Assembly (NCBI GenBank): GCA_963702025.1
Contig: OY969699.1
Coordinates: forward strand, 928,001 to 992,000
Reading direction: 5' to 3'
Origin: an uncultured bacterium
GTDB lineage: Bacteria > Babelota > Babeliae > Babelales > Vermiphilaceae
Length of the DNA stretch: 64,000 bases
In this document: positions 9,794 through 19,491 of the stretch, piece after piece
Layout of the letters: the number at the start of each line of letters is the position of its first letter
Numbering within the stretch: the first letter of the stretch is position 1
Notes under the pieces: model-generated
The model's database searches: none
The model's input: only the letters and a program-made list of their open reading frames with translations
Told to the model about the DNA's origin: nothing
Program-made: the position numbers and the translations under genes

Positions 9794-9809
9794 ACATTTT
9801 GGAGGATTA

Positions 9810-10208
9810 ATGGTATATCAAAGAAATTATGTTATCTTGGTGATATTTTTTTTTGGCTTAATGGCGGCAGAATCCTTTGTTGAGCCTAAAAAAACATCTA
9901 ATCAAAAAATGAGTGCAGATGATTGTTGCCAACAAATTCTTTGGGGTGGCAAAGAATTTGCGCGAATCAGCCAATATACCGGTGCAATTCAGGCCATAGA
10001 TTTATTATGGGTTGAAGATTATTTTGACGATGAAAAAAATGGGGTATTTAATCTTGCGGCAAAAGATCAGGCTAAACTGCAGGATTATGTTGCGCATAAA
10101 GAAAAATATAATCGTGCCCGTGAAGAATATGAAAAAGTATTAAAAGAAGAGCTTGAATTCTTAAAGCAGTTTGAATCCTCGGTTCGGACGAGTAAAAAGA
10201 AAAAGTAG
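9810..10208 (+). CDS. Exported hypothetical protein
   Basis: GGAGG RBS before ATG 9810; hydrophobic N-terminus. Confidence 0.6.
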   Translation: MVYQRNYVILVIFFFGLMAAESFVEPKKTSNQKMSADDCCQQILWGGKEFARISQYTGAIQAIDLLWVEDYFDDEKNGVFNLAAKDQAKLQDYVAHKEKYNRAREEYEKVLKEELEFLKQFESSVRTSKKKK

Positions 10209-10307
10209 GGCTTAAAAAAAGTTTTTTTTTATATAGTATTTAATTATTAGTGTAATTTTTTTATTGCGGGTGTTTTTGAAAAACATCATTTATGCAAAAG
10301 GATATTC

Positions 10308-10916
10308 ATGAGTTCATTTAATCGTGTCATTATGGCAGGAAACCTAACCCGCGATCCGGATTATAAACAATTAACTTCCGGCCAAGCAGTCTGCCGTTTA
10401 GGATTAGCATCAAACCGTCAATTTAAGAATAAGCAAAGCGGTGATATGATCCAAGAAGTTTGCTATATCGATATTGATGTGTGGGGACCGCAAGCAGAAA
10501 GCTGCCGTCAATATTTGCAAAAGGGCAGACCAATCTTGGTTGAAGGTCGCTTAAAGCTTGATACGTGGGATGATGCAAACGGTCAAAAGCGCAGCAAGCA
10601 TAGCATTGTTGCCGATCGTGTTGTCTTCTTATCATCCAATAATCAAGCAAGCGCTGAAGCTACCGATCAAGATGAACAGCGCCTTGATCCCAATAACCCG
10701 GTAGAAAAAGAGTTGATGAATCAGATTGATCAAATAAAATCGCGGAATGCGGCACGCGCTGCAAAACCTGCTGATTCACAATTTGAACCGGCCCGTGCGC
10801 AAGCGCCGGCCAAAAAGAAAACTGTACCGGTAGCGGCTCAGCAACCGCAAGCGGCAGTTGGCGGCGAAATTGATTTTGCCGATGAACCACCGTTTGCCGA
10901 CGATTTGCCTTTTTAA
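10308..10916 (+). CDS. ssb: Single-stranded DNA-binding protein
   Basis: NRVIMAGNLTRDP, KGRPILVEGRL, C-terminal DDLPF. Confidence 0.97.
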   Translation: MSSFNRVIMAGNLTRDPDYKQLTSGQAVCRLGLASNRQFKNKQSGDMIQEVCYIDIDVWGPQAESCRQYLQKGRPILVEGRLKLDTWDDANGQKRSKHSIVADRVVFLSSNNQASAEATDQDEQRLDPNNPVEKELMNQIDQIKSRNAARAAKPADSQFEPARAQAPAKKKTVPVAAQQPQAAVGGEIDFADEPPFADDLPF

Positions 10917-10934
10917 GATAAGCGTATTTTTGAT

Positions 10935-10970
10935 AAAAAAGCCTCGGTGATCATCACCGAGGCTTTTTTT
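10935..10970. terminator. Bidirectional intrinsic terminator
   Basis: A6-gcctcggtga-tca-tcaccgaggc-T7 between convergent genes. Confidence 0.9.
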
Positions 10971-10981
10971 GCTCTTGAGGG

Positions 10982-12448
10982 TTAAGGTTTTGGAGAATTA
11001 ATATATATCTCATCTTTTTCATTCACCCGAATGGTAAACGGATTCCAGTTATAAGTGCCTTCGCGGCCATTTGGCTGATAGATTATATTTATTTTGCCCT
11101 CTAAATCTATTCCAATGACTCCTATTTGTTCGCGTCCAGATTTTAAAATAGTAATCAGTTCACCTTTTTTTAGCGGGACATTGAGTTTTGCCGTTTGATG
11201 CGGATTGATAACTTCTACTTTTTCTTTATTATTTTCATGAGTATATTTTATAGAAATCTGATTATTTGAATCATTTCTTATTTCGTAGAGCATGAGAGCC
11301 GGGGAAATTTTTTGGGGGCAAGACTTTTGCGGTTGTATCGGTGGTGCCACTTTTAATGGAACTGGTTGAATGGCTTGAGCTTTTGATGGAAGCTCATTTT
11401 TTAATCGAATTGCAACATCACGTAAAATAGTTCGTATGCCATCAAGATTTGTTTCAACATCTTTAAAAAAGTTAATATCCTTGATTTTTTCTTTCATTTC
11501 TTCTTTAACTTTTGCAAGAAGCGCCATCGCCACCCGAATAATGGCGAACTTCGTTGCATTATTTTTGTCTTTTTGTGCTGCTTCTTGAATTGTCCAGATA
11601 ACCATTTTAACTTTTTGACCGATTCCCAATGGTTGTAGAAAATCATCTACCGTGTTTAATCGGTTAATAGCTTCAGAAAGATCTTTTTCTGAAAAATTCA
11701 GTGTTCGTGGGGTAACCGGGTGCACCCCTAACGCAGTTAATAGGGCGATCCGTTCCTCTTCAGGGATTACTTGTGCCTCATTAATGTAATAGGCAGGTGT
11801 GTTGCCTTGGCTGTCAACAACATTTGTCTGAGCGCCATACTTCTTCTCTCTGAGTAATCTAACCGCGTTAAGAATATAGTTAATAGAAGACTTTTTTGAT
11901 TCTTTTTCTTTTAACTGTTCTATAGCTTTTGGTAATGCGGCTTTTAATTCTGCTGGTGTTTTAAAGTTTTCTTTTTCAATATCCAAGTGAATAAGCGAAT
12001 ATTGAGAATCGCGGATTAGTTCTGCCAGTGGCGTTCTTCCTTTTTCTTCTGAACTTCCTTTATTAATGTCATCGACTGCCCCTTGTTTAAGAAGGAATTC
12101 AAGTATATTTATATCACCACCGCGCACTGCATTATGTAAAATAGTAAGCCCTTGCTTATCGATACTATGAATATTGGCTCCGTTGTTGAGTAGGAACATA
12201 ATAATCTGAGGGTAATTCTCTTTGTTTTGCTTGTTTTGTTGCAAGACGGCCCATGCCAAGGGGGTTTTTCCAAATTTGTCTACTTTGTCTACTGAACGGG
12301 GATCTTGTTCTATGATCTCGATAACTCTTTGTAGATTCCCCTCAGAAGCAGCCCACCCAATATCTTGTTGTTTGGGTATCTCCATGCTGTGGCATGTCAC
12401 TAAAAACATAACAGCGATGAAAGTGAAATTTTTAATTACTTTCAACAT
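10982..12448 (-). CDS. Ankyrin-repeat exported protein with an unknown C-terminal beta-rich domain
   Basis: GKTPLAWAV, GLTILHNAV, GRTPL; TCH-SME N-terminus; AGGAG RBS before 12448. Confidence 0.85.
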   Translation of the reverse strand: MLKVIKNFTFIAVMFLVTCHSMEIPKQQDIGWAASEGNLQRVIEIIEQDPRSVDKVDKFGKTPLAWAVLQQNKQNKENYPQIIMFLLNNGANIHSIDKQGLTILHNAVRGGDINILEFLLKQGAVDDINKGSSEEKGRTPLAELIRDSQYSLIHLDIEKENFKTPAELKAALPKAIEQLKEKESKKSSINYILNAVRLLREKKYGAQTNVVDSQGNTPAYYINEAQVIPEEERIALLTALGVHPVTPRTLNFSEKDLSEAINRLNTVDDFLQPLGIGQKVKMVIWTIQEAAQKDKNNATKFAIIRVAMALLAKVKEEMKEKIKDINFFKDVETNLDGIRTILRDVAIRLKNELPSKAQAIQPVPLKVAPPIQPQKSCPQKISPALMLYEIRNDSNNQISIKYTHENNKEKVEVINPHQTAKLNVPLKKGELITILKSGREQIGVIGIDLEGKINIIYQPNGREGTYNWNPFTIRVNEKDEIYINSPKP

Positions 12449-12586
12449 ATCTTTCTCCTTTACATAAAAAGTTTTGTTAAAAAAGCCTAACACTCAGGCA
12501 AACCTTACTGCAATATTTTATTTTTATTGACAATTAGAATTTAAAAACTGCAATCTAGTATATGAGATTGATTGAGGAGTAAAGGT

Positions 12587-13315
12587 ATGATGAAGCCTTT
12601 ATATATAGTGTTGTTTATTTTTTTTCCAATAATACCGTATGAAAAACTGACTCAATTTCTGCCTCCAGAATCATGCATGATTCATCAATTGCCTGCCTGT
12701 TTACAAGGAAACCCGGTTTATCATATAAAAACATTGGCGGTACAAAAAGATTCCTTCAGTTGTGGGTATCATGCGATTTTTAACGCGGTTGCTCTTGATA
12801 AGGCAGTGTACGAAGACTCAGATTTTGTTTATGGCATTAAGAAAAATCTTAATAATACGTACCTTTTTTTCGATGTATGTGCGGCTGTAAAAAAGCACAT
12901 TAGTGTGAGTCAACCGCTCAACGGTGCCCATATTGAAGACATTGCTAAAGAATTTCCTTTGGGCGAGCGCTTGTTGTCATTATTTTTTTTGGGGGATGAT
13001 ATTATGATTCCGCGCCTTGCAGTGAATGTAGAGCATCCGCTTACGATGTCCAAATCAGAAATAGAAAAGCTCTTAAAAGATAAACAAAAGGCCATTGTGC
13101 AGGAAAAAATTAAACAACTAATTGATAATGTTAAAACAAAACAGCGGCAGGCTGCGCATTTTATTTGCAATGTTGGTAATCATTATATGCTTTGCACCGT
13201 TATTTCTGATTATTCATTACAAACCAAATTATATGTGATTGGCGCATGGAACGAGCCGATCAACGAAGCAGCGCTTAAATATATTAACCTCTTTTTATCT
13301 TATATGAAGGCATAG
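12587..13315 (+). CDS. Putative papain-fold (Josephin-like) cysteine protease, exported
   Basis: QKDSFSCGYHA and FICNVGNHY motifs; hydrophobic N-terminus. Confidence 0.55.
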   Translation: MMKPLYIVLFIFFPIIPYEKLTQFLPPESCMIHQLPACLQGNPVYHIKTLAVQKDSFSCGYHAIFNAVALDKAVYEDSDFVYGIKKNLNNTYLFFDVCAAVKKHISVSQPLNGAHIEDIAKEFPLGERLLSLFFLGDDIMIPRLAVNVEHPLTMSKSEIEKLLKDKQKAIVQEKIKQLIDNVKTKQRQAAHFICNVGNHYMLCTVISDYSLQTKLYVIGAWNEPINEAALKYINLFLSYMKA

Positions 13316-13325
13316 GGAACGAGCC

Positions 13326-13826
13326 ATGAAAATAAAAGCATTTTTAGTTTTGCTATTCATAGCGCAGGGCCTTGCAGCCTGTGAAGATAACCGCTTTCAT
13401 CGGATCTTTCCCCTATCTTCTTTTAAGTTAGTCATTGATACCTGTATGCGATCGTATAGTGATGTGCTTTTGTTGCAAGATAAAATTGCAAATCATGAAA
13501 AAATAAATGATCTACTTGATCTTTTAGTTGGGCGCCTTATCCATTTAGAAAGTTATGTTGAGCAACTCATCTTTGCCTATAATAATGATGCGACCGTAAG
13601 TTATGAGGAGCTGGAGTATTTGATGAAATTGATCGAACATCTTGAAATTACGATTACCGAAACTGAGTGTCAAAATTTTTCTGAGCCGCTGAATGAGATA
13701 ACCAATTGCTTAAAAATGGAACTCAAAAAAACCCTGACACAGCTTTCTTCACATAATCTTACGCAAGGGCGATCACTCCTTTATCGGTTCCTACCATCAG
13801 AATGCCGCTCACTCCAATTTGCTTAA
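13326..13826 (+). CDS. Exported helical hypothetical protein
   Basis: Signal MKIKAFLVLLFIAQGLAA-C (possible lipobox); 3' end overlaps the convergent gene. Confidence 0.6.
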   Translation: MKIKAFLVLLFIAQGLAACEDNRFHRIFPLSSFKLVIDTCMRSYSDVLLLQDKIANHEKINDLLDLLVGRLIHLESYVEQLIFAYNNDATVSYEELEYLMKLIEHLEITITETECQNFSEPLNEITNCLKMELKKTLTQLSSHNLTQGRSLLYRFLPSECRSLQFA

Positions 13827-16800
13827 CCCAATAGAATGCGTTAACACTGCCAAAAACTGGATCATTAAGCAGTGCTTCATTCGGGTTGGTGATATCCCAC
13901 TCTGCCGCATTAAAAGGAAGACACATTAATTGTTCAGGTAAACATGAAGATTGTATATTATCTACGGTGAAAATACGGCGTGCGCCATCCGACCAGAAAT
14001 AACTGAAGAGTGGTAAGGTTGCAAAATTAGGATCTGTACCGGCGGTTGTGCTATCAAATAATGGCGGAACAAAAGCAAATGGCACGGTATTTTGGCTGCC
14101 ATTAAGTTGTTGGATAATGCTTCTATTAAAAGTACCCAACCCGTTTTGGTCGGCGATGTAAAATGGCCAAATAGTGGATGGTGATGCAACCGGGATTGAT
14201 GCATTATCAACGCCGGCAATGTCTGTGTAAAATGCGAGAGTATTTGGGATTAAACTCCATGCGGCATCTGTCTGGTTGGTTGCTTGTTGAACGCCGGTTG
14301 TTTTTGTGGATTGATACAATCCATTATTGGTGGCCAAAACAAGTTGTTCTGTTGAACCGTCTGGCATTGTTGAGATGATTTGAATAGCGTTGAATACCGC
14401 GATATTGGCAAAGATTCCGGTGCCCGTTTCTGCGAGTATAAAAATATTTGCCGGATTAAACATCGATGAAACACTTGGCTGGAATGGAATCAGGTAGAGA
14501 GTACTTTGCAATGCTGTTTCTGCCAAAACATACAGTACATTTCCTGTTGTTTTGATATCAAAAACTTCGCCGGTGATATTGGGTGCCAATTGCCAACTGC
14601 CGGTGCTAAATGGCGGAGCATTTAATGCACCAAGAGTGCTCACAGCAAATCCTGCACCGCCGTCGCTAAATACATAAAGCCCTGTTTGGGTGCCGGCAAA
14701 GAAATAGTTGGTATTAGTTCCCGATTCTTGCCGCGCGTATTCCATTACTGTTGCTTGGCATGCATTTTTCGGCAGATCGGTGACTAAAAAGTTACTGGCA
14801 AGTGAGAAATTGGTGGTTACCGTTTGCGGACTTGAGACAGAGGCGCCCAATGCTTGGCTGATCCGCGCAAAGATAACTGATCCGCTGCCGGAAAATAATG
14901 CGTAACGGCTTTGATTTGAGATAAATCCGCGCGTGGATTGATCAAGATCAAGCACGGCCCTTGCTACACAGGTTGTCAAACCCGACTGGCAATCGGTTGT
15001 TGTGGTGCCGCGAATGGCAAGATTGAGCTGCGCAATCAGTGATGCGGGATCGTCTGAATTATTTTGCCATGCGGTTTGCAACACAGTATTAGTAGCTGAA
15101 TTGACTGCCCAAATTTTGGCCAGTGATGCGTCAACAGCAAATTGTGCAACGCCGGTGATATTGAATTGGGTGCCAATGGTATAGGGGGGGAATGCTTTTT
15201 TGGTCCATGGGGTCCAGCGAATAATTTTACCTGTTTCATCAAAAAGCGCCTGTGAATATAAAATGCCGCTATTGGTAGCTGCATTTGTTGATCCGTTTAT
15301 TGAAACATAAACCGTATCGCCAACCACATCAATGTCACCGATTAAACTTGGTACCGGTAGTGCGAGCGGTCCATCCCCCACCATAACTGCCGGATCGGTG
15401 TTGAGTGGAAGATCGGTGTTGGTGGCTGCGGGTACAACAAATTTGTAATTTACCAACGGCGCATTTTTATTTGCCAGGGTTCCTTGTACCGGGTTGGTTG
15501 GATCGTCAAGATCAACCAACGGTAATGCATAGATCTGATTGCCAATCGTGCTTATTGTGCCATTGCCGCCATTAATGATCAGATAACTGGGGCCGGTGCT
15601 CGCGTGTAGTACGCGCACTTTATTGATCGCAAGGCTATCTTGCATTGCATCAAATACACCGACCATATAATTTTGAATACCGGCGCCGTCTATAAATGCT
15701 GCATCGGGGGCAATATCGGCAAAGGTAATAATGCCACTGCTATCAACTGAGGCCACCACCACTGATTTGGCGCCCGATGAACTTGATCTAGTTTGCATAC
15801 GATTTTCCGGCTGGGCACTCCTGGTTTCGGGGACACCAACAGGGCCGGCCCATGAAAAAGTGGAAGAAATTGGTCTGTTATCTGATTTAAATACCGGTGT
15901 GGTCGGCACAATAATGGGCGGCAATGGTGGTTGGGGTGCCGGTCCGGTTATTATTGGAATGCACTGCGCATCAACAGGGCTGTAGGTGTAACCAAACTGG
16001 CAGGTGGGCCATGTTATGCAGGCATTAAGTTGGGGAACATATACTTGCCCCGGTGGACAAATGAGGGGGCCGGTGCAGACGCCCAGATCCGGAACAAAAA
16101 ATTGCCCCGCTGGACAGGGGCTACAACCACTGCCATCAATATAAATGCCGCCATTGGTACATATGAAACAGGCCAATGCGTTTTGGTCAAAATAATATCC
16201 TGCCGGGCAGGTGACGCAGGCCGCCAGTTGCGGGTTCCAGAAATAGCCACTCGAACAGATAGCGGTTACGCATTGTAAAAGAATCGGATTAAAATATTGG
16301 CCGATTGGACAGGTTATGCAGGTCTGGCTCAGGGTATCAAAATAGGCCCCGGATGCACACGTGACACATTGCTGGAGCGCATTATTACAATACCATCCGA
16401 ATGGGCAGGTGGGGCAGAGTGAGCCGGTACAGCTACCGGTTCCCGTGCCGGCCGGGCAGGTTTGCCCGCTGCTGCTTATGCCGGCGCTGGTCACTTGAAG
16501 TCCAATATATAAACGCTGTAACTGGTCATCCCAAAAAAGGTCAACTTGATTGGGCACTATGGTCGGTGAATTGTTTATTAATACTTCCGGTGTGGTTGGG
16601 TCAAGTGCTATCGCTTTAATGCCGCTGTCGCCCGATACAGCCGGTACCTGTGTGAGTGATAATGGATTTCGATTGATGGAGATGCTTGCTATGCCGCCGT
16701 TACAATCTGAACCAAAAAAACCATTGCAGGGTCTTAATGCGGCAAACATAAAATTGAGGCTCGCAGCTAAACCCACAACACCATTTGTTTGCAAACCATT

Positions 16801-17211
16801 CACATTCACGGCGCCACTTGCATCAAGAAGTATGGGTGATCTGGCAAGGTTTGAGCCGTCATTGTTTGTCGCAATTACTACTTTTGGTTCTTCTGCTGGA
16901 TTTACCGGATCAGTAACAATACCCAAAATGGGATTTGTATCGCCAAGAGTGGTGGCAAGGGTTAAAGATGCAATACCTTGACCGTTCAACGTTTCATTGG
17001 TTGCGATACCGGTAAAGCTGCTATTTTCACCAAAGGTTGGAGGATTTGCTTTAGAGATTGCATTGGTGCCACCGCCCGGGTTTAAACCCACATAAAAATT
17101 TCCGGTTGCCCGATCGAGTATCGTTGCTCGTATGGTTTGATTAAAAGTCTGAACCACGCTGGTGCCGTGTGCATAATTTACCAGCGCACAGAGTAATAAT
17201 ATTCTTTTCAT
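13759..17211 (-). CDS. Large exported beta-rich surface protein with an internal Cys-rich repeat block
   Basis: 1150 aa; signal peptide; CP(A/I/F)G(Y/Q/W)(Y/F) repeats; Pro-rich linker; T/N/S/G-rich beta repeats. Confidence 0.85.
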   Translation of the reverse strand: MKRILLLCALVNYAHGTSVVQTFNQTIRATILDRATGNFYVGLNPGGGTNAISKANPPTFGENSSFTGIATNETLNGQGIASLTLATTLGDTNPILGIVTDPVNPAEEPKVVIATNNDGSNLARSPILLDASGAVNVNGLQTNGVVGLAASLNFMFAALRPCNGFFGSDCNGGIASISINRNPLSLTQVPAVSGDSGIKAIALDPTTPEVLINNSPTIVPNQVDLFWDDQLQRLYIGLQVTSAGISSSGQTCPAGTGTGSCTGSLCPTCPFGWYCNNALQQCVTCASGAYFDTLSQTCITCPIGQYFNPILLQCVTAICSSGYFWNPQLAACVTCPAGYYFDQNALACFICTNGGIYIDGSGCSPCPAGQFFVPDLGVCTGPLICPPGQVYVPQLNACITWPTCQFGYTYSPVDAQCIPIITGPAPQPPLPPIIVPTTPVFKSDNRPISSTFSWAGPVGVPETRSAQPENRMQTRSSSSGAKSVVVASVDSSGIITFADIAPDAAFIDGAGIQNYMVGVFDAMQDSLAINKVRVLHASTGPSYLIINGGNGTISTIGNQIYALPLVDLDDPTNPVQGTLANKNAPLVNYKFVVPAATNTDLPLNTDPAVMVGDGPLALPVPSLIGDIDVVGDTVYVSINGSTNAATNSGILYSQALFDETGKIIRWTPWTKKAFPPYTIGTQFNITGVAQFAVDASLAKIWAVNSATNTVLQTAWQNNSDDPASLIAQLNLAIRGTTTTDCQSGLTTCVARAVLDLDQSTRGFISNQSRYALFSGSGSVIFARISQALGASVSSPQTVTTNFSLASNFLVTDLPKNACQATVMEYARQESGTNTNYFFAGTQTGLYVFSDGGAGFAVSTLGALNAPPFSTGSWQLAPNITGEVFDIKTTGNVLYVLAETALQSTLYLIPFQPSVSSMFNPANIFILAETGTGIFANIAVFNAIQIISTMPDGSTEQLVLATNNGLYQSTKTTGVQQATNQTDAAWSLIPNTLAFYTDIAGVDNASIPVASPSTIWPFYIADQNGLGTFNRSIIQQLNGSQNTVPFAFVPPLFDSTTAGTDPNFATLPLFSYFWSDGARRIFTVDNIQSSCLPEQLMCLPFNAAEWDITNPNEALLNDPVFGSVNAFYWVKQIGVSGILMVGTDKGVIALA

Positions 17212-17285
17212 TGTGATCCCCCTTAAAACGAATTACGTTGTAAGTCAACCACAATGAACTTTAATATTTCAATAGAACCTTGTCT

Positions 17286-18575
17286 TTAAAAATCGCAGGC
17301 AAAAGAAAAGCCTGCTTCAATGCCAACCATATTGGTATTAAATATACGCTTGCCGCCCACTATTACATTAAAAAAAGCGCCAACATGAGGCAACCATGAG
17401 CGATTGTAGGTAGCAAAATCATATTCCAGCAATAGATTAACCGTGTGCATTTTCCATCCCCAAAACTCGGGGTCGGTATTCACGAGCATGGGATCAAAAA
17501 TGGTGGTATTACACGGAATAATCGTATCTCTATATTTGTTTACAAAACTATAACCTACCAAAAAGGAAAGTCCGCAAAGCACGTGATCCCCTTTAATATA
17601 AAAATTTGACTCCCAGATGGTTCCCGGATCAATGCGGCATTCACCCTGGGCAAGTTTGATTAAGCCACTTTGAGAGCAATCCGTTTTGAGGTGGAGTAAT
17701 TTATGTTTTCGTAGAAATGGCATACCGCCAATAAAGGCGCCCACCGTGAACCAATCATACCAGCCGACGGCTGCGGCAAAACTAATGGGCACTGCATAAA
17801 ATCCATCGTATCCATTAGCAATATCAAAAACCTCGCTCTCATTGTTGGCATGACCGGTGGGAAACAGTGCGCCGATGCGAAATGTGGTGTCAAAGTAATC
17901 GATCTCTTGAGTTTCTTCAAAGTTATTGGTCCATCCGGCCAAAATACTCAAATCGCCCACTCCGTTATAGCTGATCGGATTTATTGAGAGGCCATATTTT
18001 TGCAAAATGCTGGGGAATAGCGCCAGAAAATGTTGCCAGACCGGCGTTTCTTTATTGGGACCACTATTACACTCGGTGGGTGAAAGATCTACAGCCTGTA
18101 TGTCAGTGACTTCTATGTGCCGTACTGGTAAATGTGCCTGCACAAAAAAACCGCAACTCAGGTTTTGAGAAACGCTTAAATTAGCCTCGATAAGTTTGAA
18201 TTTTCCATGAAAACTGAGCATGGCAAAGCCATCGTTGGGCGCGAGCAATTCAAGTTGGGTTAACACAATATCTTGTGGGGTTGTCAAATTTTTTCCCGGA
18301 ACGTTGATGCCGAGATTGAGCATGTTGTAAACCCCATAAATATCAAGGAGGGGGACTTCTTGGCAGCCCCCTGAGTTTCGTGCTGTGTGAGTGGAACCAA
18401 AACCAAGGGCCACATCAAATGAGCTAAGCCATGGTTTTGCCAACCGGGGTTCATAGAATTCCGGTAAAAAATTGGTGGCTCGCCAGAAGTGAGGGTTATC
18501 AATTGAGATGGCAGCGCGAGAAATGCACAAAAGAGTTATTAGACTTATTTTTTTGACAAACGTGGACCTGTTCAT
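17286..18575 (-). CDS. Putative outer-membrane beta-barrel protein (distant member of the 44.9-50.4 kb family)
   Basis: Signal peptide; alternating beta strands; GFFVQAHLPV, GVGDLSILAGW, FPTG; terminal Phe. Confidence 0.65.
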   Translation of the reverse strand: MNRSTFVKKISLITLLCISRAAISIDNPHFWRATNFLPEFYEPRLAKPWLSSFDVALGFGSTHTARNSGGCQEVPLLDIYGVYNMLNLGINVPGKNLTTPQDIVLTQLELLAPNDGFAMLSFHGKFKLIEANLSVSQNLSCGFFVQAHLPVRHIEVTDIQAVDLSPTECNSGPNKETPVWQHFLALFPSILQKYGLSINPISYNGVGDLSILAGWTNNFEETQEIDYFDTTFRIGALFPTGHANNESEVFDIANGYDGFYAVPISFAAAVGWYDWFTVGAFIGGMPFLRKHKLLHLKTDCSQSGLIKLAQGECRIDPGTIWESNFYIKGDHVLCGLSFLVGYSFVNKYRDTIIPCNTTIFDPMLVNTDPEFWGWKMHTVNLLLEYDFATYNRSWLPHVGAFFNVIVGGKRIFNTNMVGIEAGFSFACDF

Positions 18576-18701
18576 ATGTGAATCTTTCCTTTTTAAGCTG
18601 TAGGGCATGTCTTAATGTATAAAAAATTTATGATAAAAAGAAAAGGGTTTGTCTTGGCCTGTTCCATTGTTATACTGAAAAAAGTATGAGACAAATAAAG
18701 A

Positions 18702-18828
18702 CCCTTCGATATGCAGTAAACTGCTACTCAGGCCCCTCGACAAGCTCGGGGTGATCGGAATCCCCGTTCGTGCTGAGCTTGTCGAAGCATCGTGGTGAGT
18801 GATTGCGTTAGCAATCGTATCGAACCAT
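18702..18828. repeat. Cluster of four palindromic repeat units upstream of grpE
   Basis: ccttcgata..tactcagg; cccctcgacaagctcgggg; tgctgagcttgtcgaagca; tggtgag..gtatcgaacca. Confidence 0.85.
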
Positions 18829-18867
18829 TTTTGTATTATTTTAAAACATAATTTATTTGAGTGAACC

Positions 18868-19491
18868 ATGAACGAAGAAAATAATAATCAGCAAGAACAA
18901 AACCAAGATCAAGAATCCAACCTTGCCCAACAATTGCAAGAATGTCAGGCGCAAAGAGATGAATGGCGGGATCGTTTTTTACGGGTTGCGGCAGAATTTG
19001 AAAACTATAAAAAACGGGCAGAAAAAGAGAAGGTCCAGTGGATAACGGGGGCCCAAGCATCGTTACTTTCTGATCTGATAACCATTGTTGATGATTTTGA
19101 TCGCGCATTTGCTCCCAGCCTACGCTTATCCGGGTCTTCCGACTCGGCAACCCTTCGGCAAGCTCAGGAGTTAACGCGCCCTTCCGCTCATCCTGAGGAG
19201 CAGCGCAGCTGCGTCTCGAAGGACGGCGGGCAGGCAACCCAATCAAATGAATTTGTTGATCAGTCACGGGCCGGATTTGAATTAATTTACAAAGCATTGC
19301 AAAAATTGCTTGAAAAATATGGTGTCACCCAGATGAAAATGGGCGAACATTTTGATCCAATGCTCCATGAAGCGATCATGCAAGTGGAGGATGCCACAAA
19401 ATCCTCGGGTGATATTGCACAGGTTTTGCAAAAAGGGTATATGTTTAAAGGTGAAGTACTCAGACCGGCAAAGGTAAGTGTGGTGAAATGA
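18868..19491 (+). CDS. grpE: Nucleotide exchange factor GrpE with an about 35-40-aa repeat-derived insertion
   Basis: AEFENYKKR, DDFDRA, FDPMLHEA, QKGY...LRPAKVSV. Confidence 0.95.
   Translation: MNEENNNQQEQNQDQESNLAQQLQECQAQRDEWRDRFLRVAAEFENYKKRAEKEKVQWITGAQASLLSDLITIVDDFDRAFAPSLRLSGSSDSATLRQAQELTRPSAHPEEQRSCVSKDGGQATQSNEFVDQSRAGFELIYKALQKLLEKYGVTQMKMGEHFDPMLHEAIMQVEDATKSSGDIAQVLQKGYMFKGEVLRPAKVSVVK
19151..19223. repeat. Palindromic repeat pair inserted in frame in grpE
   Basis: cccttcggcaagctcagga (minus-orientation unit) and ccgctcatcctgaggagcagcgcagctgcgtctcgaagga (plus-orientation unit). Confidence 0.85.

Noticed and set aside
13759..13826. 68-nt convergent overlap of two genes
   Set aside because: Most simply a stop-codon extension of the short gene; no evidence of function.
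18702..18828. Clustered repeats considered as a CRISPR array
   Set aside because: Units are inverted and non-identical, there are no unique spacers of regular length, and no cas genes are present.
18612..19297. Minus-strand ORFs of 85 and 153 aa over the repeat cluster and grpE
   Set aside because: Shadow ORFs caused by GC-rich repeats and antisense to grpE; no recognisable motifs.
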